Positions 24,736 to 37,249 of a stretch of 64,000 nt of DNA are shown piece after piece. Each line of letters begins with the position of its first letter. Position 1 is the first letter of the stretch. Origin of the DNA: Macrostomum lignano (lineage: Eukaryota); contig NIVC01002011.1 in NCBI GenBank assembly GCA_002269645.1, positions 62,001-126,000 of the forward strand. The letters are read 5' to 3'. The notes below the pieces were generated by a model that worked only from the letters and a program-made list of their open reading frames with translations, did not search any database and had not been told where the DNA came from. A program made the translations under genes and the position numbers.

Positions 24736-25726
24736 TGCATGGTTAAATTTGCATCCGACATTCCTGTAAATTTTATCTGACGGCTTTATGCACTTATTTT
24801 TTTAATTCTTTTTTGTTACGATGGCGGTTTCAAACTTGTCATTCCAGTACTTGGAGCAGCAATTTTGGGGCTGTCTGCCTGAGACAAAGGTGTGCCCTAG
24901 AAATTTTATTTACATTATTGACGAACGTGGTTTTATTATGCATAAAAATAAATTCGAATTCAATATCATGTGATCTGGTCAAATGACAAAACGTTTAAAC
25001 CCCTTCATATGTCTTTTTGACTAGGTAAAAATACTTATATATTATAAATAATATAATACGCTCGTAATAATACAATATAATACAATATTAATATGATATA
25101 ATATAAAACTACAACACTAATTGACATAAAGGTTTCGATAATTAGAATAAATTATTAAATGAAAGATCAGCACTTTTCTGTTGTATAGGATCTATGCTCT
25201 CTCGACGGGTACCAATCTTGAGTTACTGCCTCTCTGAAATCTTGAAATAGTGACGATCGTCCGATCTCAGTCGTTGATACTTTTTCTGCCAAGTTTTACG
25301 GTGCGCTGCGCAACTATGCTACAAAAGAAGCATATATTAACTATTCGATTATCAAATTTGCGTTAATTTGCTAACACAATTAGCAAACCGCATTTTCAAT
25401 AATAATATTCTTTCGCTGTTACACTTGGGGTTCACCGGTGTTTTAGTTAGAGAGTGGTTTAAAAACTTTTTAGACCGATAATTTTCTTTTATGTACATAG
25501 CAAGAACCGAATTCAACATTATACTTACTTTCAACGCTTAACTGCTATATATGAATTCCTGGCGAATTATTAATATTTTTATAAATTTTCTGCATTGGCA
25601 TTTGAACCAAAAAATCCAAAGCAGTGAGTGCTTTTTTATTAGCTCAACAGTTTTTTTGAGGGCTTTAAAAGTAACCATGTGAGCCTTTATTGTTTTATCC
25701 TTTTAAAGAAAAGATATTTTAGCTAT

Positions 25727-26682
25727 TGTGGTGATCCAGCACTGCTAGCATAGGCTGCTCCTGGGATCCCCGCTTAGTCATAGTTAGTTAGTGTTCGAGC
25801 TGTAGCTGTGGGAGCTGGGCATAGGGTCTGTGCGCTTGCAGCGCTCCCGTCCCTTCCTCTTCTTCCCTTGTGCAGGCTCGGGTGTGCAGCTGTCGCGGGA
25901 CAGGGAGACTCTCTCCTCCTCTCCCCCTGGCGCAGGCTGCAATGGGCTAAAAATAGAATATTAGTCAGCGGGATATTTCTCTCTTAGTACAGTCTTAGTT
26001 AGTCAGCGGGAACGAGAGCATAGCTCTCCGCCCGGGGTAGGCTCTCGTGGGGGTCTTGGTTGCACTCCTTGCATGCTGCAACATGCAAGCAGTGTACCAG
26101 TAGGCCATGCGGAGGCCTCGTGATGAGGCAGATGTTTTATGGACATCTCCGAGATCGTTCCTGGCTCCGGGTAGTCCACAGAACTGCCACGGGATCTGCC
26201 ACGGAACTGCCTCTGAGCTTCCTATTGGCCCGGAGACCCCCAGATTTTAGTATAAATACGGAGTAGGTGAAGGTCCAAAAGAGACATTCCGGTCTTCGTT
26301 TCGGAGACCGCCTGCTTGGCTTCGAGCAAGAGCTAGTATTCCTAGATGCTTTTCCTAGATGACCTGCTTGGGCAGGTTCGCTAGACGCTTTTCCTAGGAA
26401 TATCTGCAAGCAAACATTCGTTGCAGCTGCCATTGCTCATTAAGACTGCCACAGGCTTTGTTTCAACAGCTCGCCAGGCCTTCAACACCGTCTGGACCTG
26501 GTCTCGTGGCCTACAACCTACGCTGTTGGGCAACACATAATTGACACCTAAAAAGGCTTAGGGATTGTTACTGCGACACCAGTTGAGCAATTAAACGATA
26601 GTTTAGGATCGGCCCGTGACCGTAATTTACATTAATAAACATTTAACTGACTTTGTCTTGTCTTATTTATTTTTACTTAACA
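25727..26682 (+). mobile_element. Probable LTR
   Basis: Starts TGTGGTGATCC (compare TGTAGTGATCC at 29789); CTAAAAATAG at 25947; TATAAATA near 26250; AATAAA near 26634; ends TTAACA. No TSD found. Confidence 0.5.
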
Positions 26683-27808
26683 GTAGGCCTACCTTGGGAT
26701 AGCCTGTCAAGGATATTACCTGTAGACCTACACTAGCAATCTAGTGCCCCCCTTCGGGGTGGCCAATAAGACAGGGACGAATCCTTTAAAATGAAAATAA
26801 TTCTTAGGGGGGGGGGGCTAGGAATCGAATTCTCATTTTAATTTTGGGGCTTATGTACCAATAAAACGTGCTTGTGTAGAATTTTTAAACTGACAAATTC
26901 AACCAAACTTGCCTTCTTTCAGAGCAAACGTACTACTTCTGTAGCGGGGCTCCAGGGGCCGATTTCATAAAATACAGCTATACAGCTAACGGCTTTTTAG
27001 CTGCGGCTCTGACTGCTTTTCCATGACTGGGTTTCATAAACGCATAGCTATCAAGCCACAGCTTGATGTCTATGGTAAAAGCCGTTGAGGCAGCAGGGAC
27101 ATGATAGTAAAGTGTTTTAGCACGGCTTTTTAGCAATCGTTTATAAAACGCTTTTTTTAACAACTGCTGAAAGTTGCAGCTTAACGAGCAGCAGCTTACG
27201 GCTTATGGCTAGCTTTTTTATGAGGTGTCGCGGTGCAAGCAGTACGCTCTGCAACGACTGGAAAAGCAGCTACAGCAAAAAAAATGTTACCTAAAGGCAA
27301 CACAGTTGCCTATCATACAGAGGCGTCACTGGCGTTGCACTGGAATTGGAATTGGAATGTTATTATTATTGGAACCAGTGTGGTTATTTGATAGTGGATA
27401 TTGCCTGGTACAAATGACTTACATTAATTTGTTCGACTTGCTTAAAGTTATTGTTTCCGTAATTTAGATTTTGTACTTTTGTACTTTTTTGCGACTCAAA
27501 TAGCCAATATTTTCGCATAGCCTAATTTCCTTTTAGCTACAGTTCTTTCTTGCAGTTCGCACGTGCCCCAACCCTTTTAGTCTTTATTCACTCAAAGGGT
27601 AATTAAAATTTTTTTTATTTCACTAACTCAACTCTAGGAACTTTTAGTTTTCTAGCAGTTTTTCATTTAAGTTATTTTACGACTTTGCTTGACCCATTTT
27701 GCATATCATGCAACTTTGAAATACATGGATTTCAAAAATGGATTTCCAAAAATTAGAATGGCTGATAATAAATATTCAGTAAAATTTTCTAAATTTTTAA
27801 TGCAGAAG

Positions 27809-28551
27809 TGTTGTGCCCGGTTGCACTTGCACCGATGATCAATCTCTGGCTCTCGGTCAAAGTGTGCCCGGCTCTGCACTCCCAACCCCCCCCCCCCGGC
27901 CGCGTGCCTGCGCCAACCCCCCCCCTCATTCTGTCTGCGTCAGACCCCCTCCAGTTGCACCCACCTCACTGCCTGTTAGGCCAGCTGGCTTTGGCTGGCT
28001 GTGGCCCCAGTGCGCCCCCTCGCTCACCCTGCGATTGGCTGGTGGTCCAGCCAATCGGTTTGTTTCCTCTTCCCTCCAATCAAGACCCCGACTTGTAACT
28101 TTTTCCTTGTTGGATAAGACGATCGTAATTTTGGCTAGCTGGGCCTGGGGTAGCGATACCCCAGGGCTTAACCAGCTAGCACAAATATATATGTAGGAGC
28201 GGCAGTAGGGGAGGCATCGCGCTCTCTCTTTCCTTGGAATTGTGCAAGTCTCAGCCAAAAGTCTAATACTGCAATCTAGATACCTGTCTATTGTATAGAC
28301 TGAAGAGAGAACATTGAGAGAAGCCACCCCTGCTGCCGCCACCGCTGTTACCCGAAGAAACCGAGTGAGTCGCGTGTCTTTCTTATTTGAGGGAATGGCG
28401 GGAATTAATCTGTGCAATAGGGACGGGCTGATTAAGTCTCCTGACGCGATCCCCCACTCAGAGTCCGAAGTCAGTCCGGCCAGTTGACTGACGCCATCTT
28501 CGGCTCGTTCACTGTGATAGTCAGGGTAGTGATCCGGCCTATAGCACAACA
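27809..28551 (+). mobile_element. Solo LTR (743 bp)
   Basis: 8-bp terminal inverted repeat TGTTGTGC/GCACAACA and exact 4-bp TSD GAAG. Inserted in a dispersed repeat whose halves (27765-27808, 28556-28720) match 35275-35450. Confidence 0.9.
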
Positions 28552-28799
28552 GAAGCAGCTTTTTTAAAATGCTTAAGCTACAGTCACAAATAAGGGCGCA
28601 GTCTCCCATTAATTAGTAACAAATAATCCTTTTCTCTGCGTTCTCGGACAAAGAACAAGAACAACTCTGCACTGTAATTACAAAAGCAAATTTATAAACC
28701 CAATCAACTGCAAGTAGTCCTTGTATTTATTCTGTATATTCACAATTGCAAAGTCATAAAAGGATAAGAATTAAGATGTTTTTGCAGAAGGCTTCGCCA

Positions 28800-29680
28800 A
28801 CAAGATGGCACCATTGCACAAATTCTGTTACGAATTTTTCATTGGTGTCAATCTTACCACTTGTTGGCTTGCTTTAGTCTGCACAGCTGGACAGAGGCAT
28901 TCACTTGGGGGCATGTAAATTTCAGGCATTACTAATGAGCATGTAAGAACAGTTTGCAACCCTCCTCTTTTTGCAACCAGGCTTGGGACTGGCTTCGGCA
29001 GAGTTAAAGCCATCACAACAGACTATCTGGGGTTTGCAAAGACTGCTTCAAACCCCCTCTGGCTGCATTTGCATGTACGAGGGCCATTCCAAAAGTTCAT
29101 GCAATCAGACATTTTCTCCCACCACAAAAGGCTGCTAGTTTGAGCTTTTATTACCGCACTACCAGACTCTCTGGCGAAAACCCTCAACAGAATGTGGACA
29201 GGACTCTTACTGAACTATCAAGACTGTCTCTGGCTCAACCCCTCAAACAGAATATTAATCAGAATTTTCCTATCGCTTGGGACATGACTCTTATTGAGCT
29301 TTTACCATCGAATTATTACGTCTATCTCCTGCTCAACCCCTCAATCAAAACATTAATTGATTGAATTTCCATATCGCCTGGAAAATGAGTCCAATAATTT
29401 CACAAATTAGTAGAATTCAAACCCTAATCAACGGGGATACTGATACAAAATCTGTTCCTTAATCTGCACAAATGCACCGGTAATTACCATGAACTTCTGG
29501 ATTGGCCCACGTATTAGAGTGGAAGAAATCTACCAGGGACATACAAAAGCAGCGAAATGTCCATTTCAACCAACTCTCTGTCAGGCCCAGCACGTCTGCA
29601 GCCAGCCTGCTATCAACATTGGCAATGGCAAAAATACACCCTGCGATAATTTAACACTTCATCCTTAATGTTCTAATGAA
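28800..29680 (-). pseudogene. Heavily decayed Gypsy integrase-like sequence
   Basis: Remnants such as WANPE...CAD*GTDFVS (GxP..SDxGxxF) and QPFVVGENV*L (FxVGxxVxL), with many stops. Confidence 0.35.
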
Positions 29681-29681
29681 A

Positions 29682-31116
29682 ATAGCTAAAATTCTCAGAA
29701 ATCCCATTAGCTGAAAGTCTCAGAACTCCCATTAGCTGAAATTCTCAGAACTCCCATTAGCTGAAATTCTCAGAACTCCCATTAGCTGTGTAGTGATCCG
29801 CTAGTTAAAGTTAGGCGTCCCACTTTGTTAGCAGTTGCCCTTGCCCTCGCCCTTGCCCTGGGTTGCTGTCTGCCGCTGGGCAGCTTCCCGCTTCCCTCCT
29901 CTTGGCTGTCTGTTGCTGCCCCCTCCCTTTCTTCTGCCCGTGTTGCCCTGCGTTTCTCAGCCCGCAACTTCTTTGTTGCGGGCTGTCCTTGTTTCGTCAG
30001 TCTCTGTCTCCCTGTCTTGTGAGCTGGTCACATGACAGTTTCTGCGTTCTCTGAGTCTCAAAGTGCAGTAAACATGTTTACTGCACTTGCTGGCCCTGTT
30101 TACCGGATGAGTCACATGCTTTCGGACCCCTCCCTTTTCTAAAAAGAGGAGTGACTCATGTTGCTAAAAATAGCAACTGAGTCACAGCCATGTGCACTCT
30201 GCCGGGGGACCCTCAAGTGACGTCAGTTCTAAAAATAGAACAAGCACGAGGTCTCCCGCGCGCTTGTACCCTGCCCGAGATTCTCGAGTGACGTCAGTTC
30301 TAAAAATAGAACAAGTCACGAGGTCTTGTGCGCGGGTGTTTTCCGGCTATAAATAGGACCCCTCTCCCCCTTGTTTCCGTCAAGGAGTTTCTGCTTAGTG
30401 TCTGTTCTGTCCAACCTCGAGGTCCACGTCCGCGTGTGACTAAGTCCTGAGTGTTCGAGTCTTTGCGTACATTGATTCTGTTCCTATTGGTCCGACTGAG
30501 ACCCGACCAAGCCAACCCAAGCCTACGAGAGGCTAACTCAGCCCTCCCTCTACCATCCTAGCCCGGCAGGTACTGCTGACGAGACGCCTTGTACGTTGCG
30601 CTCTAAAATCTGCACGCTGTGCTGTGTTCGTTGACTTCGTTATTTCGTTCCGACGGGACGCTCACCTCATCGAAGGCCGAGACCCGACGGGACTGGTGGC
30701 AGCACTACCTACGCTACTAAAGTTAAGAAGGCTTCTAAGTGAGAGGACGGAGCCCAAGTCACTGCGCTGTACAGCAGGACAACCACAGGTACAACAGCTG
30801 AAAGTCTCAGAACTCCCATTAGCTGAAAGTCTCAGAACTCCCATTAGCTGAAACTCTCAGAACTCCCATTAGCTGGAAGTCTCAGAACTCCCATTAGCTG
30901 ACATTCTCAGACATCCCAATAGCTGAAATTCTCAGAAATCTCATTGGCTGAAATTTTCATAAACCATATTAGCTGACATTCTCAGAACTCCCATTAGCTG
31001 AAATTCTCAGAACTCCCATTAGCTGAAATTCTCAGAAATCCCATTAGCTGAAAGTCTCAGAACTCCCATTAGCTGAAATTCTCAGAACTCCCATTAGCTG
31101 AAAGTCTCAGAACTCC
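29682..31116 (+). repeat. 25-bp minisatellite (GCTGAAATTCTCAGAACTCCCATTA)n, interrupted by a solo LTR
   Basis: Direct reading: units at 29682-29788 and 30797-31116. Confidence 0.9.
29789..30796 (+). mobile_element. Solo LTR (1008 bp) inserted in the minisatellite
   Basis: TGTAGT...ACAACA with exact 4-bp TSD GCTG (29785-29788, 30797-30800); TATAAATA near 30348. Confidence 0.9.
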
Positions 31117-32136
31117 TGTACTTTTGCTCGTCGTATTGACAAAATGTCGCCGACACTCCAATTGACAGCTTGATCGGAGGACGACCCCCAAAACGTGCAG
31201 GAAACAGAACGACAGGACTGGTCAACTATAACCACTTTGGCTACGTTTATCACTTTGGCTACGTTAAGTTCTGATGAACTGGATAAATGACTAAGAAAGT
31301 TTATGCTGCTCTTCATGAGCTCTTCACGTCATGACTTCTTCGGGCGGCTGCAGTGTGTCGATTGCTCCAAGGATATCAACATTTGTAATAAAAGGCAATG
31401 AAGAGGGGACAGTTTTAAGTCTTTTAAAACCTCAAAACGCTTTTTGAAGTTCATTTGAATCCTACCTACATCAATAGACGAATGAATATTATGGACTGCT
31501 AGTCTAGCCAACATCAAGGGATGAAGGCATAGAATGGATTGCTAATCTAGTCAAAATAATTTATAAAAGCCGAACATACACTACAGTGCTACATAATTGC
31601 CTATACAATTCACATTTTCTATACTACTATGTCTATTGTACATTTAATAATATTGTATACTGTCTGTCCATACAGTACATACAAGTAGATAGATACAATG
31701 CAACTCACTCTTGCAGGCGTACGTTTTGAAGGTTGCTTATTCCCGTATAGATACACGCCCGTTCACTAACAGTCGGAACTTTATTGCTTCGATATATTGA
31801 TCCCTTGGAGTCAACTGAAAGAGACACCTCCATAGGATTATTCGTGCTGTTGTATCTCGGATCCGGAGTCTTTACCATACCGCCGGCTATGCGAACAGCA
31901 TCGGAAGTATTGCAAACTTCCCAAATACACCGCAGGTCCTTGCCGAAAACGCTGACTCTCATCTCAGCCGAGTCGTCCACCAAGACGAATGAAAAAACTT
32001 CGCCTCGAACATCGTTCTTCATGTAGGACCTGATCTCCTTCAACTCGGTTACAAGGCCAGTAACCGCTGTATTCATGTAGCCCAGTTTCAGGCCAGAGAT
32101 TTTAGCCTTAATCTTCTTGGTGATTGTAGACGCCAT
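31107..32136 (-). pseudogene. RPA70-like tandem OB-fold gene (spliced, disrupted)
   Basis: ATG at 32136 (MASTITKK). GEVFSFVLVDDSAEMRVSVFG...IAGGMVKTPDPRY (DBD-A-like); GT donor at 31708; then VDILGAID...VVIVDQSCRSVSCTFWG...IRRAKVQEF (DBD-B-like). Ends at the minisatellite. Confidence 0.72.
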
Positions 32137-33178
32137 TGTTGCTAAGTTGTTCAGTTTAACAGTTTTAACAAAGTAGAAACAAAACTTAGAAAATAGAAAG
32201 AGCATCTAGAAATGTTGCAGTGCAAAATACTTCAGTAGAAATAGCAGGTTAAAATCACAATTTGCAATACATTTTGATTTAAATATTCAAGCCCACACCC
32301 CAATCACTAGCAGTCAACCCCACACGACTAAACAGCCAATCAGAATACAGATACCCCTCCCTCCCTGTGCAATCTCTTCGTTTTCAGACTAAATCGGCTG
32401 GGGTGGGTGGGCTCTGGACCTTGTGGCGTGATCTCACGACGCTAATTGAACTACCACGGCCAACCCCTCTCAAAGTTGTCTGCGACTTATCGTTTTTCAC
32501 ACTCATGAAGAGCAGCATAAATTTTCTTAGACATTTATCCAGTTCATCTGAACTTGTCTGTGTTTACTCCATTATCTCACCCTCTCTATCTAATTAAGTC
32601 TTATTCCTTTCTCTGTTTGTACCCGCCGTCTCATTAGCTCTATAATCTCGCGCCTATCTCCACCACCCCTCCTAATTCTTACTTGCAATCAACCCTAACC
32701 TTGGAGTTTACACCTAAGTCATTGCAATGACTAAGAAAGTAGCAACAATTAAAAAGTTCAGGGTATTCTGTGTTGTTTACCGCTTCAAACTGGTTTTGAT
32801 TCAATCTCCCCAGGCCCAGCTTGGCTTAAGTCACCCAACCAAAACTGTGCTCTCACCTCTTCTCTCTGTCAGTGTGAGCTTCACCCCTCAGCCGTGCATG
32901 GCTTAGCCCCAACTCGTCTAGCCACTGCCGTCACTCTTGCTTAGCTTCATTTGTCCACCTCAGCCCTGAGTGGCTAATCCCCACACGACAGAGCCAATCG
33001 GGTTGGGCCAGCACCAACCCACCCAGAAATTTTTGCTATAAATACATCTATAGCAATATAGCAATATTATAGCAATATATATATTGTAGATTCTTACTCT
33101 ACGACAACTTAAGATATCCAAAAAATATAGTAAATTAAGATTTAGAATATTCGGATAAAACAATCTTCATATATTAAC

Positions 33179-34893
33179 ATGAAAGTAACCATAATCGAAA
33201 AAGGGCAGCAGCGCCGCCCGCGCCATCCCCGAAAACGTAAGTATTGCATACACTGTTGGTTACTACTTCCATATATTGTCATCTAATCACCAACCTCCTA
33301 GAACTTGCTTTCTTTCTTCCTCTTGACCAATCTTATGAATTGTTTCAAGGAACCGATTCTGAGTTTAATTACGTACTTACGTACAAAACATACATGAAAA
33401 CATGTACATTTATAAAAAACTGTCAGTATCACCATACCTTTCTTCTTTCACAGCCATAAAATGCTACTTCTGCGGTGGCCCGCATCGGGTGGCCCGCTGC
33501 GACGCAATTAAAGAGTACTACCAACACCAGCAAGAACAGCAGCAGCAACAGCAACAGCAGCAAAACAACCGGTCTCCCTGCCAGCCGTGCCGAAGGCACG
33601 CGAGGGCAGATGGGTTGAAGACCACGACCTGACGGCCTGACGGTTATATGCCTGACGGCCTTCGAAAGAGCTCAGCGCCTCCCGGATTCTCACCCGTGCC
33701 GCATTGCCGCCACTGGAAACACAGCGCACAGGCTACGCAGGAACAGTTGGCGGAACCACGTCACCGACCTGCTGCCACTCATTGCTAGCTCGGTCACGCC
33801 GCGCGCCATGATCTGCACTGCTCGTCCGCCGCCTTGGGACCCTTTCTCTACCGACGTGCGTGTCGACATGGCGTTGCCGGAACCCGGTCCCGCGCGCACA
33901 GCCACGGCCATCGACACTATCCGCCACCTCCCAGGCCTGATCACCATCTACTGCGACGGCTCGGCATCAGGCGGCACGACCAATGGCGGCGCCTCAGCCA
34001 TCGTCACGACCGGTGACCCAGCCCACCCTATCATCCTGGCGACTCTTCAACAGCGCGGCGCGCCCTCCACATCCTCGTTCGAAGAGGAGCTTCGCGCCGC
34101 CTCTCTCGCCATCGGCTGGATCAACCAAGCTGCTCTCACCGCGGCTACCAACATCTGCTCAGACAGCCAATCTATGCTCCGCGCTCTGGCCAGCGGCAAC
34201 CCCAGAATCAGATCTGCACTACCTACTGCATCTGCCGAAATCACCTGGCAGTGGGTTCCGGGCCACCAGAATATTCCTGGCAACGAGCTGGCCGACCAAG
34301 CAGCCAAAGAGGCCACCACGCTCGTGTCCCCCGCTAGTCAGATCAGCATCCACAGCGCCAAAAACGTCATCAGAAGATCCGTCCTCGATCCCCCGATACG
34401 CCACGAGCGCACCCGGCACGCGTACCGGCTTCTCAACCGTCAATTGGAAGAGGACTCCATCACCAACCGTGCCGATGCGGTGCTTCTTGCGCGCTTACGC
34501 TCAGGTCACTGCACTCTTTTCAACGCGTATCGCAGCATTGTCGACCCGGCCGTCGACCCAGCATGTCACCGCTGCGGCCATCCCTGCGATGACCTGGAAC
34601 ACTGGCTTGACTGCCCAGCTCTCGCCGGCACCAGGCTCCGCCTTCTTGGAGGACCCACGACAGACATCAGCAGCATTTCCGCCGACCCCCTCGGGTTGAT
34701 AGCGCTGGCCAGACACTGCCCTTAGCTCTGCCTGGGCGCGTACCACCAAAACAACAACAACAACAAGCAACAGCAACAGAACCAGCAGGAGCAACCACGG
34801 GAAACGGAGGAGCAACCACCGCAGCAAGAAAGTCAGCAACAGCAGCAAAAAAGCAGCTCTAAGACTCTAAGACTCCCGTCTATCTATCACTAA
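33179..34893 (+). pseudogene. Small two-exon zinc-knuckle/polyQ gene disrupted by a LINE
   Basis: CCAAT near 32995, TATAAATA 33037, ATG 33179, GTAAGT intron 33237-33453 ending TTTCACAG. Spliced frame MKVTIIEKGQQRRPRHPRKPIKCYFCGGPHRVARC + polyQ; continues after the LINE to TAA 34891-34893; AATAAA at 34921. Confidence 0.6.
33570..34772 (+). mobile_element. 5'-truncated LINE (I/Ingi/Nimb-like) with RNase H, zinc finger and (CAA)n tail
   Basis: ORF 33808-34725: ITIYCDGSA, FEEELRAA, CSDSQS, QWVPGHQNIPGNELADQAAK, LARLRSGH, CHRCGHPCDDLEHWLDCP. CAA repeats follow about 25 nt after the stop. Confidence 0.85.
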
Positions 34894-35427
34894 CGAATTC
34901 GCACTATTGCACTACTACTAAATAAATTTAACAACTACTACTACTTTGGTTTAATTAATTTTGTTCGTTTAACTAATTTTGGTTTTGGTTTTGCACTACG
35001 AGTATAGAACTATAATCTTCATTTAATCAATTAATCATTTGCTATTATTTAACAATTAATCAACATTTTCATAAATTAATTTAACAACAACAAATACTAC
35101 TACTACTACCAGTACCAACTTTCTCTACAACTAATCTCTGAAACCATAGAACTAAAATAGAACAAAGTAAACTTACTGCATGTACTTAAAACAAAACACT
35201 GCAACATGCAAGTACTATATTGATCACTCGCACTAACATGTACACTTAAAGTAATCTAACTAACCAAAATATCCGAATGGCTGACAATAAATTTACAGTA
35301 AACTTTCCTGCTTGAACTTCACACACGTAACTTTTCCTAAATTAGGGGTGTATTAAGATATTAGTCCTTTTCTCTGCGTACTCAGACAAAGAACAAGGAA
35401 ACTCTGCACTGTAATTTTAATAGCGAA

Positions 35428-37247
35428 TTATCAAGTGCAGTAATCCTTGGTTTGCCAAGTGCAATAATCCTTAGCTTATTAAGAGCAATAATCCTTGGTT
35501 TATCAAGTGCAATAATCCTTATTAGTTTGCCAAGTGCAATAATCCTTAGCTTATTTAGAGCGATAATCCTTGGTTTATCAAGCGCAGTAATCCTTGGTTT
35601 ATCAAGTGCAGTAATCCTTGGTTTATCAAGTGCAGTAATCCTTGGTTTATCAAGTGCAGTAATCCTTGGTTTATCAAGTGCAGTAATCCTTGGTTTATCA
35701 AGTGCAGTAATCCTTGGCTTATCAAGCGCAGTAATCCTTGGTTTATCAAGTGCAGTAATCCTTGGTTTATCAAGTGCAGTAATCCTTGGCTTATCAAGCG
35801 CAGTAATCTAAGTGATTTTAATTAGTCTTTCAATAAGAGCTTTCAATAAAAAAGCTTTGGTTTGCCAAGTGCAATAGTCCTTAGCTTATTAAGAGCAATA
35901 ATCCTTGGTTTATCAAGTGCAATAATCCATATTGGTTTGCCAAGTGCAATAATCCTTAGCTTATTTAGAGAGATAATTCTTGGTTTATCAAGTGCAGTAA
36001 TCCTTGGTTTATCAAGCGCAGTAATCCTTAGCTTATCAAGCGCAGTAATCCTTGGTTTATCAAGTGCAGTAATCCTTGGCTTATCAAGCGCAGTAATCCT
36101 TGGTTTATCAAGTGCAGTAATCCTTGGTTTATCAAGTGCAGTAATCCTTGGCTTATCAAGCGCAGTAATCTAAGTGATTTTAATTAGTCTTTCAATAAGA
36201 GCTTTCAATAAAAAAGCTTTGGTTTGCCAAGTGCAATAGTCCTTAGCTTATTAAGAGCAATAATCCTTGGTTTATCAAGTGCAATAATCCATATTGGTTT
36301 GCCAAGTGCAATAATCCTTAGCTTATTTAGAGAGATAATTCTTGGTTTATCAAGTGCAGTAATCCTTGGTTTATCAAGCGCAGTAATCCTTAGCTTATCA
36401 AGCGCAGTAATCCTTGGTTTATCAAGTGCAGTAATCCTTGGCTTATCAAGCGCAGTAATCCTTGGTTTATTAAGAGCAATAATCCTTGTTTTATCAAGTG
36501 CAGTAATCTTTGGTTTATCAAGTGCAGTAATCCTTGGCTTATCAAGTGCAGTAATCCTTGGTTTATCAAGTGCAGTAATCCTTGGCTTATCAAGCGCAGT
36601 AATCCTTGGTTTATCAAGTGCAGTAATCCTTGGTTTATCAAGTGCAGTAATCCTTGGCTTATCAAGCGCAGTAATCTAAGTGATTTTAATTAGTCTTTCA
36701 ATAAGAGCTTTCAATAAAAAAGCTTTGGTTTGCCAAGTGCAATAGTCCTTAGCTTATTAAGAGCAATAATCCTTGGTTTATCAAGTGCAATAATCCATAT
36801 TGGTTTGCCAAGTGCAATAATCCTTAGCTTATTTAGAGAGATAATTCTTGGTTTATCAAGTGCAGTAATCCTTGGTTTATCAAGCGCAGTAATCCTTAGC
36901 TTATCAAGCGCAGTAATCCTTGGTTTATCAAGTGCAGTAATCCTTGGCTTATCAAGCGCAGTAATCCTTGGTTTATTAAGAGCAATAATCCTTGTTTTAT
37001 CAAGTGCAGTAATCTTTGGTTTATCAAGTGCAGTAATCCTTGGCTTATCAAGCGCAGTAATCTAAGTGATTTTAATTAGTCTTTCAATAAAAGCTTTCAA
37101 TAAAAAAGCTTTGGTTTGCCAAGTGCAATAATCCTTAGCTTATTTAGAGCGATAATTCTTGGTTTATCAAGTGCAGTAATCCTTGGTTTATCAAGTGCAG
37201 TAATCCTTGGCTTATCAAGTGCAGTAATCCTTGGCTTATCAAGTGCA
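35428..37247 (+). repeat. 24-bp minisatellite (AGTGCAGTAATCCTTGGTTTATCA)n in five higher-order blocks
   Basis: Direct reading. A constant ~55-bp AT-rich spacer recurs near 35806, 36168, 36674 and 37060. Confidence 0.95.
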
Positions 37248-37249
37248 TA

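Noticed and set aside
26950-27230. Harbinger-like MITE starting GGGGCCGATTTCATAAAA
   Set aside because: No matching second TIR or TSD found.
27926-28609. 227-aa minus-strand ORF
   Set aside because: Spans a TSD-bounded solo LTR and its flank; no motif; most likely a chance frame.
16873-30705. TGGTGGCAGC inside both related LTRs (near 16875 and 30694) as additional PBSs
   Set aside because: Only 10 nt match and internal to TSD-bounded LTR sequence; not preceded by CA.
35452-37065. Hydrophobic repeat ORFs (SSAVILGL)n and their antisense frames
   Set aside because: Artefacts of a 24-bp (multiple of 3) satellite lacking stops; no unique coding sequence.
35428-37247. CRISPR-like repeat/spacer appearance
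   Set aside because: The spacer is constant and the repeats are tandem, the reverse of CRISPR; no cas genes; eukaryotic context.
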